Below are positions 28,681 through 38,757 of a stretch of 55,257 nucleotides of DNA, one piece after another. Both the position numbers and the translations under genes were made by a program. Where the stretch lies: the IMG/VR virus record IMGVR_UViG_3300025325_000026, positions 1-55,257 of that record. One strand, written 5' to 3'. Origin of the DNA: a virus. Lineage: Duplodnaviria > Caudoviricetes. The notes below the pieces were generated by a model. The model was not told the DNA's origin and did no database searches. It worked only from the letters and a program-made list of their open reading frames with translations. Positions within the stretch are counted from its first letter, which is position 1; the number at the start of each line of letters is the position of its first letter.

Positions 28681-31600
28681 ATGAATAAGTTTCTGACATT
28701 AATGATACTGCTGTTCACTTTTTCTTCCGCTGCAATCCTCACCACCGGTAGCGGCGGTACGTATGCCACTATTAATCTAGCCGAAGCGGCGGCGTCGGCC
28801 GGCGATACGATTCAGCTCGTGTCAGACATATCTCATACTGCCATGGTAATATTTGATCGAAATAGAATTCTGGTTCGTTCGGCCCCGGGTAATACCTATA
28901 GTTGCACGCTAAATACCCTTACAGGCATAATTAATTTTTATGCCTACGAAGCGGATACCATACGGTTTCAAAACGTAAACATTCTATACGCGTCCGGGGA
29001 AGCATCAGGTGCCAATTATATCTTTCGAACCGCCCTGGAAGGGTGGGGTGGCCATAGGTTTGACAATGTGCGCTTCATACACCTTGGAGATGGTATCAAC
29101 GAGAATAAGCGTGGGTGCTTCTTAACCCGTGCTAATGGATCAACCGTAATCGAACCAACAAATTTTTATGGCTGCTACTTTCAGCGCATTTATCAAGGTA
29201 TTAGAGGCAATGTAGATTCATCGGAAACTGCGACAAATGTAACAGTAAAAAAATGCGTATTTGATTCCACGTCTGTGAATATGGGGCAGGCGTGGAAGTT
29301 CGATTCGTGCGTATTTATTGCTGGTGGATACGAGAATACTGCAATGGTATATGCGGGAAAGATAAAATTTTCAAACTGTTGGTTTGACCAAACCGTGTCG
29401 TCTGCGTCCGGCGAGTTTATTACCTGGGACGGTACGGATGTTTATAGTCATAACGATACCGTTATTAATTGTACGTTTGTCAATATGGGGCACGTATTTA
29501 TCTGCCCCGATGGATGGCATGACGGTATCATAGATGGCGTGACCATGTGGGACACTCTACATGGGTCGTCATCGGGAAACGTTTACATACATCAGAATGA
29601 AACCGGTGCGGACACGTCCATACATAATTTAACAATCAGAAACACTTCTTTTAGTGGTCGTAACGATATTTATATGCTCAATGTCGCAAATAACGCAAAC
29701 GACGACTCGTCTTGGAATATAAATATTGAAAAATGCCTTTTCTTGGATTCTGGAGATATCGGAATATGGAAAACGCATGGAGCGACTATTGATTCGTCGT
29801 TGACAGAATTTAATACTGCTTTTGATACTACCGTTAATTTAGGAATTGTTTTTACCGATACCTTCTATAACAGGGGGTCGTCGTTCTTGCTTGACGACGG
29901 GATCTGGAACTACCACAAAGGCAATTCTACATTCGCAAACATAGGATCAAAAAAGTATCTCTCCAATCTTGGAGACACTTCTGGGATTACCGAAAACGGA
30001 TTTTCTGTTGCCTGTTCAATAGCCGTTAGTTTTCGACACAATAACAGCAACTATACGCCGAGTTTTCTTTCTCTGAATAGTTGGTTCACAGGGGATACAG
30101 CGAAGGTACGGCTTATGGTAACTGCGGACACGCTGTCTGCATGGTCCGTTGCCGATAGCGACACTGTCGTTGCCGGAGAAAATAAGACAATGGCAGCTGC
30201 CTCACTCACCGCGGGAACAAAATATTGGTATAAGACAATAACTGATGGATTGAGCAACGGGACCACGACCCTGCACGATACGACGCTGATGGATACAGTT
30301 CGTACGGCCGGGGGCGGTGCCTCCCTTGATACGCCTGTTGTCGCCCGGGCAGCGTGGTTATGCAGCCCAACTGGCGGGGGGCCAAGGATTGACTTGATAG
30401 GTGCAAAATTTAAAGCAGCACAAGGGGACGGATACGTATTAGTCGATGGTGCTGCAGTAACTGAGTATTGGTGGTCGGACGAAGTGGTCGGATTTATTGC
30501 CCCCGCTCATGCGGCCGGCGCGGTGAACGTCATCATCGAAAATAGCGATGGTATGCGGGATACTTTGGCAAGCGCTTTTACGTATTATGCTGCCGAGACA
30601 ATTGACACGATATATGCAGATAGCTCAATAACCGATAGCTGCGCAACATATAATCCCGCGACGAGATCGTGCTCTGGCGGGTCGGAACAATGTTACCGGC
30701 GCATTCAGTGGGCTGTTAATAAGATGGCCGTTGGGGATCATATCTTGGTTCGAGGGGGAACGTATTTTGAGAAAGTGACGTTGCCTTCTGCAAAAAACGG
30801 AACCGCCTGGATTGACGGAAATTACAATTTGCTGAAATCTTATTCCGGTGAATGGGCAACTGTAAACGGAGGAGACACCGGACAGAAAATCGGAGCCATT
30901 ACTGATGGTCAGGACAGCACTTACGATATAGTAAGGATTGCATTCTGGAAACTCGATTCTCTTGGAATAACTGGCGGGGCAGAGGTTGACAATATCGACG
31001 CCGCTGGAATAAGTTTGGACATTGGTCCATTCAAGTTTTCTCATCTAAGAATATTTAATAATCTAAGTGAATCGGACGGAGAGAACCCTGCTGGGATTCG
31101 AGGGTATCTGTACGACTCATGTGTAATTGAGTACTGTATGTTTGACTCAAATGGGTGTTTGCCTCCTATTGATGACATTAACTCAGGTCATATTCTCATA
31201 TTTGGTGACTATCGAGAGCATTCGCTTTATGACACAGGCTTTACGTATACCGGTCCGGGTTGTTCACGTGTGAGAAACACGATCAGGTACAATTACTTCG
31301 GCTACGCTTTAAACGGAGACCATGATAAGAATGAAGGCATTCTATGTGGTCGCGATCAGGCTGATGAAGGGTACGAAGATGACTATAAATATTATGGTGT
31401 AAATATCCATCATAATTATTGGACGACTTATTATAGGGCGCTCAATGTGCGCACTGACTTCGCCCAGGTGCACCACAATATTTTTAAGGCCTGTTCTATG
31501 GCAATAATCGGTTCGGCCGCCGATGAAGCTACAAATTATCGTCAGTGTTTTTATAACAACACTGTGAATCATGCGCGATGGGTGGTTATTCAGGTTCACA

Positions 31601-34600
31601 ATACCAACGACCACGTCTCTGACGTGACAACACCGGAGACTTTATCGTATGTATACATGTACAACAATATTTCAGATTCCTCCTGCAATCTGGACAATTG
31701 GGATAAAGAAGAATTTTCCATAACCCGTCCAGTTGCCGGAAGTGATGCAAGATACGACTCTGTATACCTCGGAAACAACTACACGTACCGATACATAACG
31801 TGTGGAGAAGATCCCTCAGGAGACAAGGTTTTTTATCTTGGTTACTCGGGCGATGACGGTAATAGGCTTACGCTTGCGGAATACAACACCAAATATTCCA
31901 GATCGATATCGCACTTTAGGCAAGCGTATGATGCTGGAAATTTGCTGTATACCAACAGTGACCTAAAAACTCGAAACACTCATACCGTTAACGGTTCGTT
32001 GACTATTGCAAATGGAGGTATTGGAGGAAATCATCCCTATCTTGACGGAGTGACAATTCCAAGTTACATCGGTGCCACCGGTGGAGATACATTATGGGTG
32101 GACACCGTACTTGCTTTGATATCGCTTGGGGATGAAGAGGAAGCACCATTAACGCAATTTGTAATTGATTCCACCGTTACCGGGGGACATCCGGACAGTA
32201 TAGTTTTTTCTCATTACGGACTTACCGATTCGGGAACAACGCTGACCGTTACAATTAATAATGTCGCGGGACGCCATTGCACTGTTTCTGGCGATACCTC
32301 CGGGATATTGACTGGATTTACGGATGTGATTGATGAAGCTAAAACGTATAATTTTACATTTTCGGCTGAATATCAGCTTACGACCTCAGCAACCGGAAGT
32401 GGATCGGTTGATCCGGCCGGGACGACGGTTCATGATAGCGGTACAGGGTTTGAACTGACGGCAACACCGGGCTTCGGCCACCATTTTTCGAAATGGTCGG
32501 TACTGTCAGGAACGATAGGTATTGCTGATACCCTTGACGCATCAACGAGTTGCACACTGCATACATCAGGATCAGTCAGAGCAACTTTTATAAATCACGC
32601 ATTTACACTTTTCGACACCTCGGTAGATAGTACCGGAACGGCATCGCATCATTGGAATGCCGACACAGCGGGAGGTTTGTACACCGATATAATTGGATCG
32701 AGACACGCAACCCCCGGAGCCGGGGTTACTCGTCGCGTCGGAATGCAGGGGTACACTGTGAATTGTAGTACCGGAACATCAACAAATCTCAATTGTGGCG
32801 ACGTTCAGCTTACATCGAAAATGACAATATGCGGGATTAGTCGTCTTGACGACCGATCTGTGCAGTGCTGTTTTTGGGGGAAGAGACTTAACAATGGGTA
32901 TAACATTGTAATGTTATACACGGCCGCTCAAGCGGTCGGGGTATGGGTAAATAGCACCCCAACCTACGGATCAATGTATACGTCAGTAAATGGAAACGGT
33001 GCGTTTCCAACAGGGGAAGAGGTTTTTTGGGCGGTATGTCTCGACCTTACTCAAGCTGTTGATAGCAACAAAATAAAGTTATTTTTGAAAGATAAGTTTT
33101 GGCCTCTGACCGTATCTGGAACTATTGCTTCGGCAATACCGACCGGGCTCGGCGGACGAGATTTTTATATCGGGTATGACGATGGGTATGATTTTAATGG
33201 CACCATTGATGAGATTACTATATTTCCCGATCAGACATTTAATTCGTCCCAATTGTTGAGGTTGTCTTTATACGCCAGAAATAAGTTGGTTGACACGTTA
33301 CCGTTTTATTTTTCGGTGGCAACGAATGACACCTTTACAATACCGCAAAACAGCGGATATGCTTATGATTTCTATGTAAATTGGGGCGATTCTATTTTGT
33401 CGAAAGTTACGACAAATAGCGGTGTTACCCACGTTTACAGTGCTCCTGGAACGTACAATATTTCTGTGGTAGAAAACACCTATGGTGGATTTCCGACGGT
33501 ATATTTCAACAATTCTGGTGACAGACTGAAATTGACAAATATAATAAAGTGGGGAAGAAACTGTTGGAAAACGATGCTTGGATCGTTTTATGGGTGTAAG
33601 AATATGATTATTTCGGCCCGAGACGGCCTCGGTGCCGTGACCGATTCGGTAACTGATTACCGTAATACGTTCCACACCAGTGGAGCAGATACGGTAATTT
33701 TAAAGACCGCAAATGGGATTGACTTTACAAATCACTTTTATGCAGATTCGGGATTGCGGTATATAAACGAAGATTGGAGAAAAGCCACAACATTAGTAAG
33801 CACTTGTGCATTTGATACCGGGCTTAAGATTGTTGACGTAAAGGGTCTTGACGCGGCTGTAAACATGGGATCATGCTTTGCATTCTCAGGCATCGATACG
33901 AACAGCCTGAGTGATGCCTACAACACCCCCCACCTGCGGAATACCTCTTTTATGTTCCGATGGTGCCGATTGCAGCATCTACCGGAATGGGATTGGGATA
34001 GCGTCTACAACGCAATGGAAAAGTGCGTGGAGATGCATTATCTCAAAAAAGTCCATTTGTCTATGCCATTATGTACGACTATAGCATATGGATTTCTAAA
34101 TAACTGGTCGCTCGACACACTCATAATCGAAGGTAATAATATCAAAAATGCATATGCTGCATTTTTGAGGCTTGAATCAATTGACAGCATATCTATCAAT
34201 CTTAATCAAATGACTAATGGGGAGTTAGCGTTTGATAGTACTCGACTTACCCCGGCGAGATATTCAATGATGCTGGATACTCTTGCTTTGTACAACTTAA
34301 ACGAAGATGTTGTTTTTAATGGCGGTTGGAGTAAATATTTATCTGCGTCGAAGCCATCTCGTGATACCCTCGTAGCTCACGGGTGGACTATTACGGATAG
34401 TGGGCCAGCCGACGTGATTTATACCGCAGATACAGTATACGCCGCGCACGGTCTCATTACAGCACTCGACGGGCTTACGGCTGATTCTGGAGCGTCGTTA
34501 CGGTTTGTAGCGACCGTAGACGCCGGATACGTCGGATCGTGGCCGGGAGGTACGGTTGTAGCTGGGGTGCCGGATACACTTGCAGTGGTAATGACCAAGG

Positions 34601-34941
34601 ACACCACGATAACTCTGACCGTTTCGGAAATTCCGGTTATTGACAGTATCCGTAATGCCCTGCTGCGCGATTCGGTATACCTACAGGCCGGGCGCGTAGG
34701 CGACATTATGACAATATACGGGCATGGGTTCGGTGAGCAGGGGGACAGCTCAAAAGCCTATCAGAGCAGCACTGGCAATACAGTATTTTTGGTGATATCG
34801 TGGAGCGACACGCTGATTGTTGCAAACCCTTCACCGCTGTCTGTTCGCGGGTTTCATCGGTCTTGGATTCGTCGGGGGGATATGATTTCGGGAACTCCGA
34901 AGAGCCGGGCTTATTTGCACAAAATTTACTACGGAGAATAA
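28681..34941 (+). CDS. Giant modular adhesin/carbohydrate-active-like protein with signal peptide (beta-helix, IPT/TIG, B-repeat, LamG, PKD, DUF285/BspA-like segments)
   Basis: MNKFLTLMILLFTFSSA signal; TYATINLA...AGDTI and RRIQWAV...GDHILVRGGTY beta-helix starts; W.D..V...AP.HAAGAV IPT; FNGTIDEI.I LamG; V.WGD...HVYSAPGTY PKD. Confidence 0.8.
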   Translation: MNKFLTLMILLFTFSSAAILTTGSGGTYATINLAEAAASAGDTIQLVSDISHTAMVIFDRNRILVRSAPGNTYSCTLNTLTGIINFYAYEADTIRFQNVNILYASGEASGANYIFRTALEGWGGHRFDNVRFIHLGDGINENKRGCFLTRANGSTVIEPTNFYGCYFQRIYQGIRGNVDSSETATNVTVKKCVFDSTSVNMGQAWKFDSCVFIAGGYENTAMVYAGKIKFSNCWFDQTVSSASGEFITWDGTDVYSHNDTVINCTFVNMGHVFICPDGWHDGIIDGVTMWDTLHGSSSGNVYIHQNETGADTSIHNLTIRNTSFSGRNDIYMLNVANNANDDSSWNINIEKCLFLDSGDIGIWKTHGATIDSSLTEFNTAFDTTVNLGIVFTDTFYNRGSSFLLDDGIWNYHKGNSTFANIGSKKYLSNLGDTSGITENGFSVACSIAVSFRHNNSNYTPSFLSLNSWFTGDTAKVRLMVTADTLSAWSVADSDTVVAGENKTMAAASLTAGTKYWYKTITDGLSNGTTTLHDTTLMDTVRTAGGGASLDTPVVARAAWLCSPTGGGPRIDLIGAKFKAAQGDGYVLVDGAAVTEYWWSDEVVGFIAPAHAAGAVNVIIENSDGMRDTLASAFTYYAAETIDTIYADSSITDSCATYNPATRSCSGGSEQCYRRIQWAVNKMAVGDHILVRGGTYFEKVTLPSAKNGTAWIDGNYNLLKSYSGEWATVNGGDTGQKIGAITDGQDSTYDIVRIAFWKLDSLGITGGAEVDNIDAAGISLDIGPFKFSHLRIFNNLSESDGENPAGIRGYLYDSCVIEYCMFDSNGCLPPIDDINSGHILIFGDYREHSLYDTGFTYTGPGCSRVRNTIRYNYFGYALNGDHDKNEGILCGRDQADEGYEDDYKYYGVNIHHNYWTTYYRALNVRTDFAQVHHNIFKACSMAIIGSAADEATNYRQCFYNNTVNHARWVVIQVHNTNDHVSDVTTPETLSYVYMYNNISDSSCNLDNWDKEEFSITRPVAGSDARYDSVYLGNNYTYRYITCGEDPSGDKVFYLGYSGDDGNRLTLAEYNTKYSRSISHFRQAYDAGNLLYTNSDLKTRNTHTVNGSLTIANGGIGGNHPYLDGVTIPSYIGATGGDTLWVDTVLALISLGDEEEAPLTQFVIDSTVTGGHPDSIVFSHYGLTDSGTTLTVTINNVAGRHCTVSGDTSGILTGFTDVIDEAKTYNFTFSAEYQLTTSATGSGSVDPAGTTVHDSGTGFELTATPGFGHHFSKWSVLSGTIGIADTLDASTSCTLHTSGSVRATFINHAFTLFDTSVDSTGTASHHWNADTAGGLYTDIIGSRHATPGAGVTRRVGMQGYTVNCSTGTSTNLNCGDVQLTSKMTICGISRLDDRSVQCCFWGKRLNNGYNIVMLYTAAQAVGVWVNSTPTYGSMYTSVNGNGAFPTGEEVFWAVCLDLTQAVDSNKIKLFLKDKFWPLTVSGTIASAIPTGLGGRDFYIGYDDGYDFNGTIDEITIFPDQTFNSSQLLRLSLYARNKLVDTLPFYFSVATNDTFTIPQNSGYAYDFYVNWGDSILSKVTTNSGVTHVYSAPGTYNISVVENTYGGFPTVYFNNSGDRLKLTNIIKWGRNCWKTMLGSFYGCKNMIISARDGLGAVTDSVTDYRNTFHTSGADTVILKTANGIDFTNHFYADSGLRYINEDWRKATTLVSTCAFDTGLKIVDVKGLDAAVNMGSCFAFSGIDTNSLSDAYNTPHLRNTSFMFRWCRLQHLPEWDWDSVYNAMEKCVEMHYLKKVHLSMPLCTTIAYGFLNNWSLDTLIIEGNNIKNAYAAFLRLESIDSISINLNQMTNGELAFDSTRLTPARYSMMLDTLALYNLNEDVVFNGGWSKYLSASKPSRDTLVAHGWTITDSGPADVIYTADTVYAAHGLITALDGLTADSGASLRFVATVDAGYVGSWPGGTVVAGVPDTLAVVMTKDTTITLTVSEIPVIDSIRNALLRDSVYLQAGRVGDIMTIYGHGFGEQGDSSKAYQSSTGNTVFLVISWSDTLIVANPSPLSVRGFHRSWIRRGDMISGTPKSRAYLHKIYYGE

Positions 34942-34943
34942 AG

Positions 34944-35333
34944 ATGCCGAACGTAACTCTTACAAGAAACGTGACGATCAGACCGACCAATCAGGCGACG
35001 ATATGGGGCATAGGCAGCTGGCTTGTGTATCGGATTGTAAATTCGGTTGAAGAAGGAACTCCGATCGGATTGCATACCGTTACTCCGACTGTTGTCGAAG
35101 GAACAGACCCGGAGGCCGAAGAGGATCTTGATTATTTTTTCTCGTACACCGTTACACCGGGAGCCGGCAGAACTGTCGGGGAAGTGGTGCAATACCGCTT
35201 CGAACCAACCGGGACTGAGGCACCGCTTGCCGCGTCACATGACTGGTTGTCAAGTGAATATACCATCGTTGCAGCGTCGTCAGTTGCCACGCAGGGTAGC
35301 AGCATGAGCATGGCCATCGCGTTGTCGCTTTAA
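34944..35333 (+). CDS. Hypothetical structural protein
   Basis: ATG after GGAG SD, 2 bp after giant gene. Confidence 0.55.
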   Translation: MPNVTLTRNVTIRPTNQATIWGIGSWLVYRIVNSVEEGTPIGLHTVTPTVVEGTDPEAEEDLDYFFSYTVTPGAGRTVGEVVQYRFEPTGTEAPLAASHDWLSSEYTIVAASSVATQGSSMSMAIALSL

Positions 35334-35412
35334 TTTTAATCTCACCCACCAATGCGACATCAATGTCGTAAAATAATTTGCATTCCAGCATTTTATTAGC
35401 TATATTATCATC

Positions 35413-35610
35413 ATGATAAAGAAAATTACAGTATGGCTATGCACCTGTTTTAAGTGCGAAAACAGTTGGAAAGCCCGAGTTGATAATCCAAAGGTGTGCC
35501 CATTTTGCCATTCTCGAAAATGGAACGATGATGTTGAAAACAATCCCCGTATCGGAAAATGCCCACCGAACAATAAAAAAGTGGTGCAGGGCAAAAGGGA
35601 TGACGTTTGA
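35413..35610 (+). CDS. Small Zn-ribbon protein
   Basis: CFKC..SW..R...PKVCPFCHS.KW. Confidence 0.65.
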   Translation: MIKKITVWLCTCFKCENSWKARVDNPKVCPFCHSRKWNDDVENNPRIGKCPPNNKKVVQGKRDDV

Positions 35611-35825
35611 GCAGTTCTTTGATTCATGGATCGAGCATGTTGCGAATAAAAAACAGCAGCAATTTTATGACTCGCTGCCAGATCCGCGTAAGCTTAAAAA
35701 CGTTAAGCCGTTGGAAAATGTTAAGATAGATAAGTTTTATAAAAAGTAACAGTTCACCATTGAGGTAGTTAGCCAAAATAAACCGCGCTGAGATCATAGT
35801 TCGGCGCAAAAAGAAAGGTACAATT

Positions 35826-36140
35826 GTGATTAACGAAAAAGTATTGCAGCATGTTACAGCGTTCAATTCTGCAAAGGGATACTCTGCCGACGAAGCCACA
35901 ATCATCGAATCCATACGTGAGGCAAAGCAAGTATGGCGCGTCAACGAATCAAAGCGGCGCTGGTGGATTGATTATACTGCCGTCGTGGAATTAAACGGTA
36001 TGCTCATTGGGTATCGTGATGCTGAAACAACCGGCGATATGTCGGCAGAAGAAACGGGCTTTAAGTTCGATACCGGAAGCATTTGCGAGTACGAGGCAAA
36101 AGAACAGGTCGTAACGGTGTATGCGCCGAAAGGCAATTAG
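35826..36140 (+). CDS. Cassette 1 hypothetical protein
   Basis: GTG start after AAAGG; lies between GTTAGCC (35768) and attC1. Confidence 0.65.
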   Translation: MINEKVLQHVTAFNSAKGYSADEATIIESIREAKQVWRVNESKRRWWIDYTAVVELNGMLIGYRDAETTGDMSAEETGFKFDTGSICEYEAKEQVVTVYAPKGN

Positions 36141-36256
36141 GATGCGCGGTTTACATCGGCTAACACGTAAAGCATGTCATGCCCAAAGCGGCACGAACAT
36201 GCGTTTACGGGAACGTTGTATAACACTTTGTAAACCTTTTGAATTGTAGGCGGCGC

Positions 36257-37141
36257 ATGAAGATTGCGAGAGTATTCCCACGAAAGACACGGTTGTCACC
36301 CACCGATAGTCTTGCGTATTACGATGTCCCCGGTTGCTTCGACGAGGCCGACGAGGTACACGTATCTACTCTGTTTACGTGGGATATGGGTCGCGCTGAT
36401 TATCTTGCGGAGCAGTGGCGACACGTCGCGCCTATTAAATTCGGAGGTCCAGCTTATAATCAACCGGGCGCAGTATTCGTGCCTGGAATGTACGTTCGTG
36501 AAGGTGCGGTAATAACGTCTCGCGGGTGTCCGAATCGGTGCTGGTTTTGCTCCGTGTGGCAGCGTGAACCCGGCCTTTTAGAGCTGCCCATTGTGGATGG
36601 TACGAACGTTCTCGATGATAACATCCTGGCCTGTTCTGAGCGGCATATACGCGGGGTTTTTGATATGCTCATGAGGCAGCGCGGGCGTGTGGAATTTACT
36701 GGCGGATTAGAGGCAAAGCGGCTTCTGACTTGGCACGTAGATCTACTATCTAAGTTGCGGCCCGCTCAGATGTTTTTCGCGTTTGATACGCCCGACGACG
36801 AGGAGCCGCTCAGAACCGCTTCTACGATGCTTAGGTCGGCCGGGTTCACTCGTCAAAGTATGCGGGTGTATTGCCTTATCGGATTTCCGCGAGACACCTT
36901 CGAAGCGGCAGAAGTGCGACTGCGCCTTTGCGTAGAATTAGGTTTTTTCCCTATGGCGATGCTCTGGCGCGACGTGAAGAACACTGTTGACCCAACGTGG
37001 CAGAAGATTCAACGCGAGTGGGCGCGACCCGCGATTATATACCGAAAATGCGCCGCTGAAAATCAAGGTAGTTTACAAAGCGTCATACAACAGCGCAAGC
37101 CAGCAATGCCCAAAGCGGCACTACTGGCGGGTTGCGCGTGA
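36257..37141 (+). CDS. Cassette 2: radical SAM-family protein
   Basis: TSRGCPNRCWFC CxxxCxxC motif, LDDNILA; reads into attC2. Confidence 0.85.
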   Translation: MKIARVFPRKTRLSPTDSLAYYDVPGCFDEADEVHVSTLFTWDMGRADYLAEQWRHVAPIKFGGPAYNQPGAVFVPGMYVREGAVITSRGCPNRCWFCSVWQREPGLLELPIVDGTNVLDDNILACSERHIRGVFDMLMRQRGRVEFTGGLEAKRLLTWHVDLLSKLRPAQMFFAFDTPDDEEPLRTASTMLRSAGFTRQSMRVYCLIGFPRDTFEAAEVRLRLCVELGFFPMAMLWRDVKNTVDPTWQKIQREWARPAIIYRKCAAENQGSLQSVIQQRKPAMPKAALLAGCA

Positions 37142-37202
37142 CGTTGTACGAAATTTTTGCGCCTGGAGAAAATAGTTCTGGCGCTTGCTTTTGAGGTGTT
37201 AA

Positions 37203-37490
37203 GTGGATTTAGTTGAAAAAATAAACGAAGTTTCATTGAGTGCCTTAAATAACCCGTTTTGTGAAATACTTGTTCGCAACGGGTGGTCGCAGATACATCG
37301 TTTCGTAAAGGGGCATCCAACCAAAGGCGAATCGTTTGGCGTTCCTACGTTACAGACATCCCCCATCACAAATTACGAAACAGGGGTAATAGTAGAGCAG
37401 TTTATTGACAGTATGTTTGAATTAACCGCGCCAGAAAGAGAATTAAGGACGGCGCAAAAACTTCGTACAACAGCCGCAGGTGTCAATTGA
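37203..37490 (+). CDS. Cassette 3 hypothetical protein
   Basis: GAGGTG SD; stop lies within attC3. Confidence 0.6.
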   Translation: MDLVEKINEVSLSALNNPFCEILVRNGWSQIHRFVKGHPTKGESFGVPTLQTSPITNYETGVIVEQFIDSMFELTAPERELRTAQKLRTTAAGVN

Positions 37491-37565
37491 AACGTGCCGC
37501 TATGCCGCGAACCGTTATGCGAAATGCCCGTTTTGAAAACAATTTATTATAGGCGGCGCAAGAAA

Positions 37566-37826
37566 ATGAAGACAGAAAAACCAGAAGAATGCGAAGCATG
37601 CAGATTTGAAACCGACGATCTTACTTTTTACGATCACGGGCCGGGATATCCAGAAGGTGCTGGACATTGGATTTGTAAAGTATGCGCTTGCACTATGTCA
37701 GGCAATGCTCATCGAAGTCCTGGATGCTACAAAGAGTATGAAGTTTTGCATATGTTGTCATATTGCACCAATTTGATTTTGGATGCACTAAAAAAGAAAG
37801 AAGCGCCGCAAGGTATTAAGGAATAA
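37566..37826 (+). CDS. Cassette 4 Cys-rich hypothetical protein
   Basis: CEAC...CKVC; ends just before attC4. Confidence 0.6.
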   Translation: MKTEKPEECEACRFETDDLTFYDHGPGYPEGAGHWICKVCACTMSGNAHRSPGCYKEYEVLHMLSYCTNLILDALKKKEAPQGIKE

Positions 37827-38004
37827 AATTTTTACATCAACCAACAGCCAAAGGAAAGCCATGCCGATTACCAGTCGCGCGACTTCTGGCCGTACCAAAA
37901 TGTCGATAGCCAGCAGCAAACGGGGACGCCCTTAGTATGGGTCGGCATGGCTTCCGTTTGGCAAACGTTGCACGCAATTGGCAATTCACAATATTGGAGG
38001 TTTT

Positions 38005-38193
38005 ATGCTTAACATAGATATTCTATGGGTGAGTTATTATCTGCAAAAACAGGGTGCTGCGAATAAAATTCTCGATTCATTCGAACGCATAAAAAGGTTC
38101 GTTGAGGAGACGCAAAAAACGCCCACCAACAAACGCAGTGCGGCTCCGAAGACTTCACCCAAACCGGCGAAGCGCCGACTTCGCGCTACGTAA
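38005..38193 (+). CDS. Cassette 5 hypothetical protein
   Basis: GGAGG SD; reads through attC5. Confidence 0.55.
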   Translation: MLNIDILWVSYYLQKQGAANKILDSFERIKRFVEETQKTPTNKRSAAPKTSPKPAKRRLRAT

Positions 38194-38379
38194 ACGTTGT
38201 AGGCAATAAATTTGTTATTTTATATTATAGTTGGAGCGTTATGGTGTGGGCCTCCCAGGTTAACAATGGTCCAAGCTGTCTTGCGAGTAAAATCCCTGTT
38301 AAGCGGAATCTCCTGGGGCGCTTTTTTAATTGTCGTTTTTACGAAAAGTAACGCAACTTCCCTAAGAGGGAGTGTTAAA

Positions 38380-38757
38380 ATGATACAGTACACAACATGC
38401 GAAAAATCAGGCCTCAAAGTAGCCGAATCTGTCGCCAAGTGCGATAAGTGCGGAAACGGACTCGCGTGGGGGCCGGGTAAATGTAGGGGCACACCAAAAG
38501 GGGATTTATTGCGTAAGTTATTAAAAAATGAGGGTTGGTCCATCAAAAAGAAACATTTGTGCCCAATATGCGCCGCGCAAAACATAAAGAAAAAACATGA
38601 CCTTCGGCAAGAGCTGTCTTGGAATTGTGACGGGCTTGACTGGAGGACGGCAACACGCGACCAAATTACAGATAATATATATAAAGGCGTCTCTCACGAT
38701 CCGCCGCTTAGACGGACAAGCGCACAAATTGAATGCAAAATACAGGAGGAAAAATGA
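38380..38757 (+). CDS. Zn-finger protein (paralog of 49626-49847)
   Basis: CDKC...GW...HLCPIC; GAGGGAG SD. Confidence 0.7.
   Translation: MIQYTTCEKSGLKVAESVAKCDKCGNGLAWGPGKCRGTPKGDLLRKLLKNEGWSIKKKHLCPICAAQNIKKKHDLRQELSWNCDGLDWRTATRDQITDNIYKGVSHDPPLRRTSAQIECKIQEEK
38439..38564 (+). repeat. 126-bp perfect inverted repeat, copy 1 (copy 2 at 49663-49788)
   Basis: Base-by-base identity with reverse complement of 49663-49788. Confidence 0.95.

Larger units (their letters stand above)
35768..38202 (+). mobile_element. Integron-like gene-cassette array (five attC-like sites, no integrase; CALIN-like)
   Basis: AAC...GTT-bounded imperfect palindromes at 36158-36221, 37085-37149, 37465-37520, 37839-37973, 38124-38202, each following one ORF; ends of cassettes 1-3 are mutually complementary. 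Confidence 0.8.

Noticed and set aside
38439-38564. Duplicated segment as a DGR template/variable repeat pair
   Set aside because: Copies are identical with no adenine-specific mismatches, and no reverse transcriptase is present
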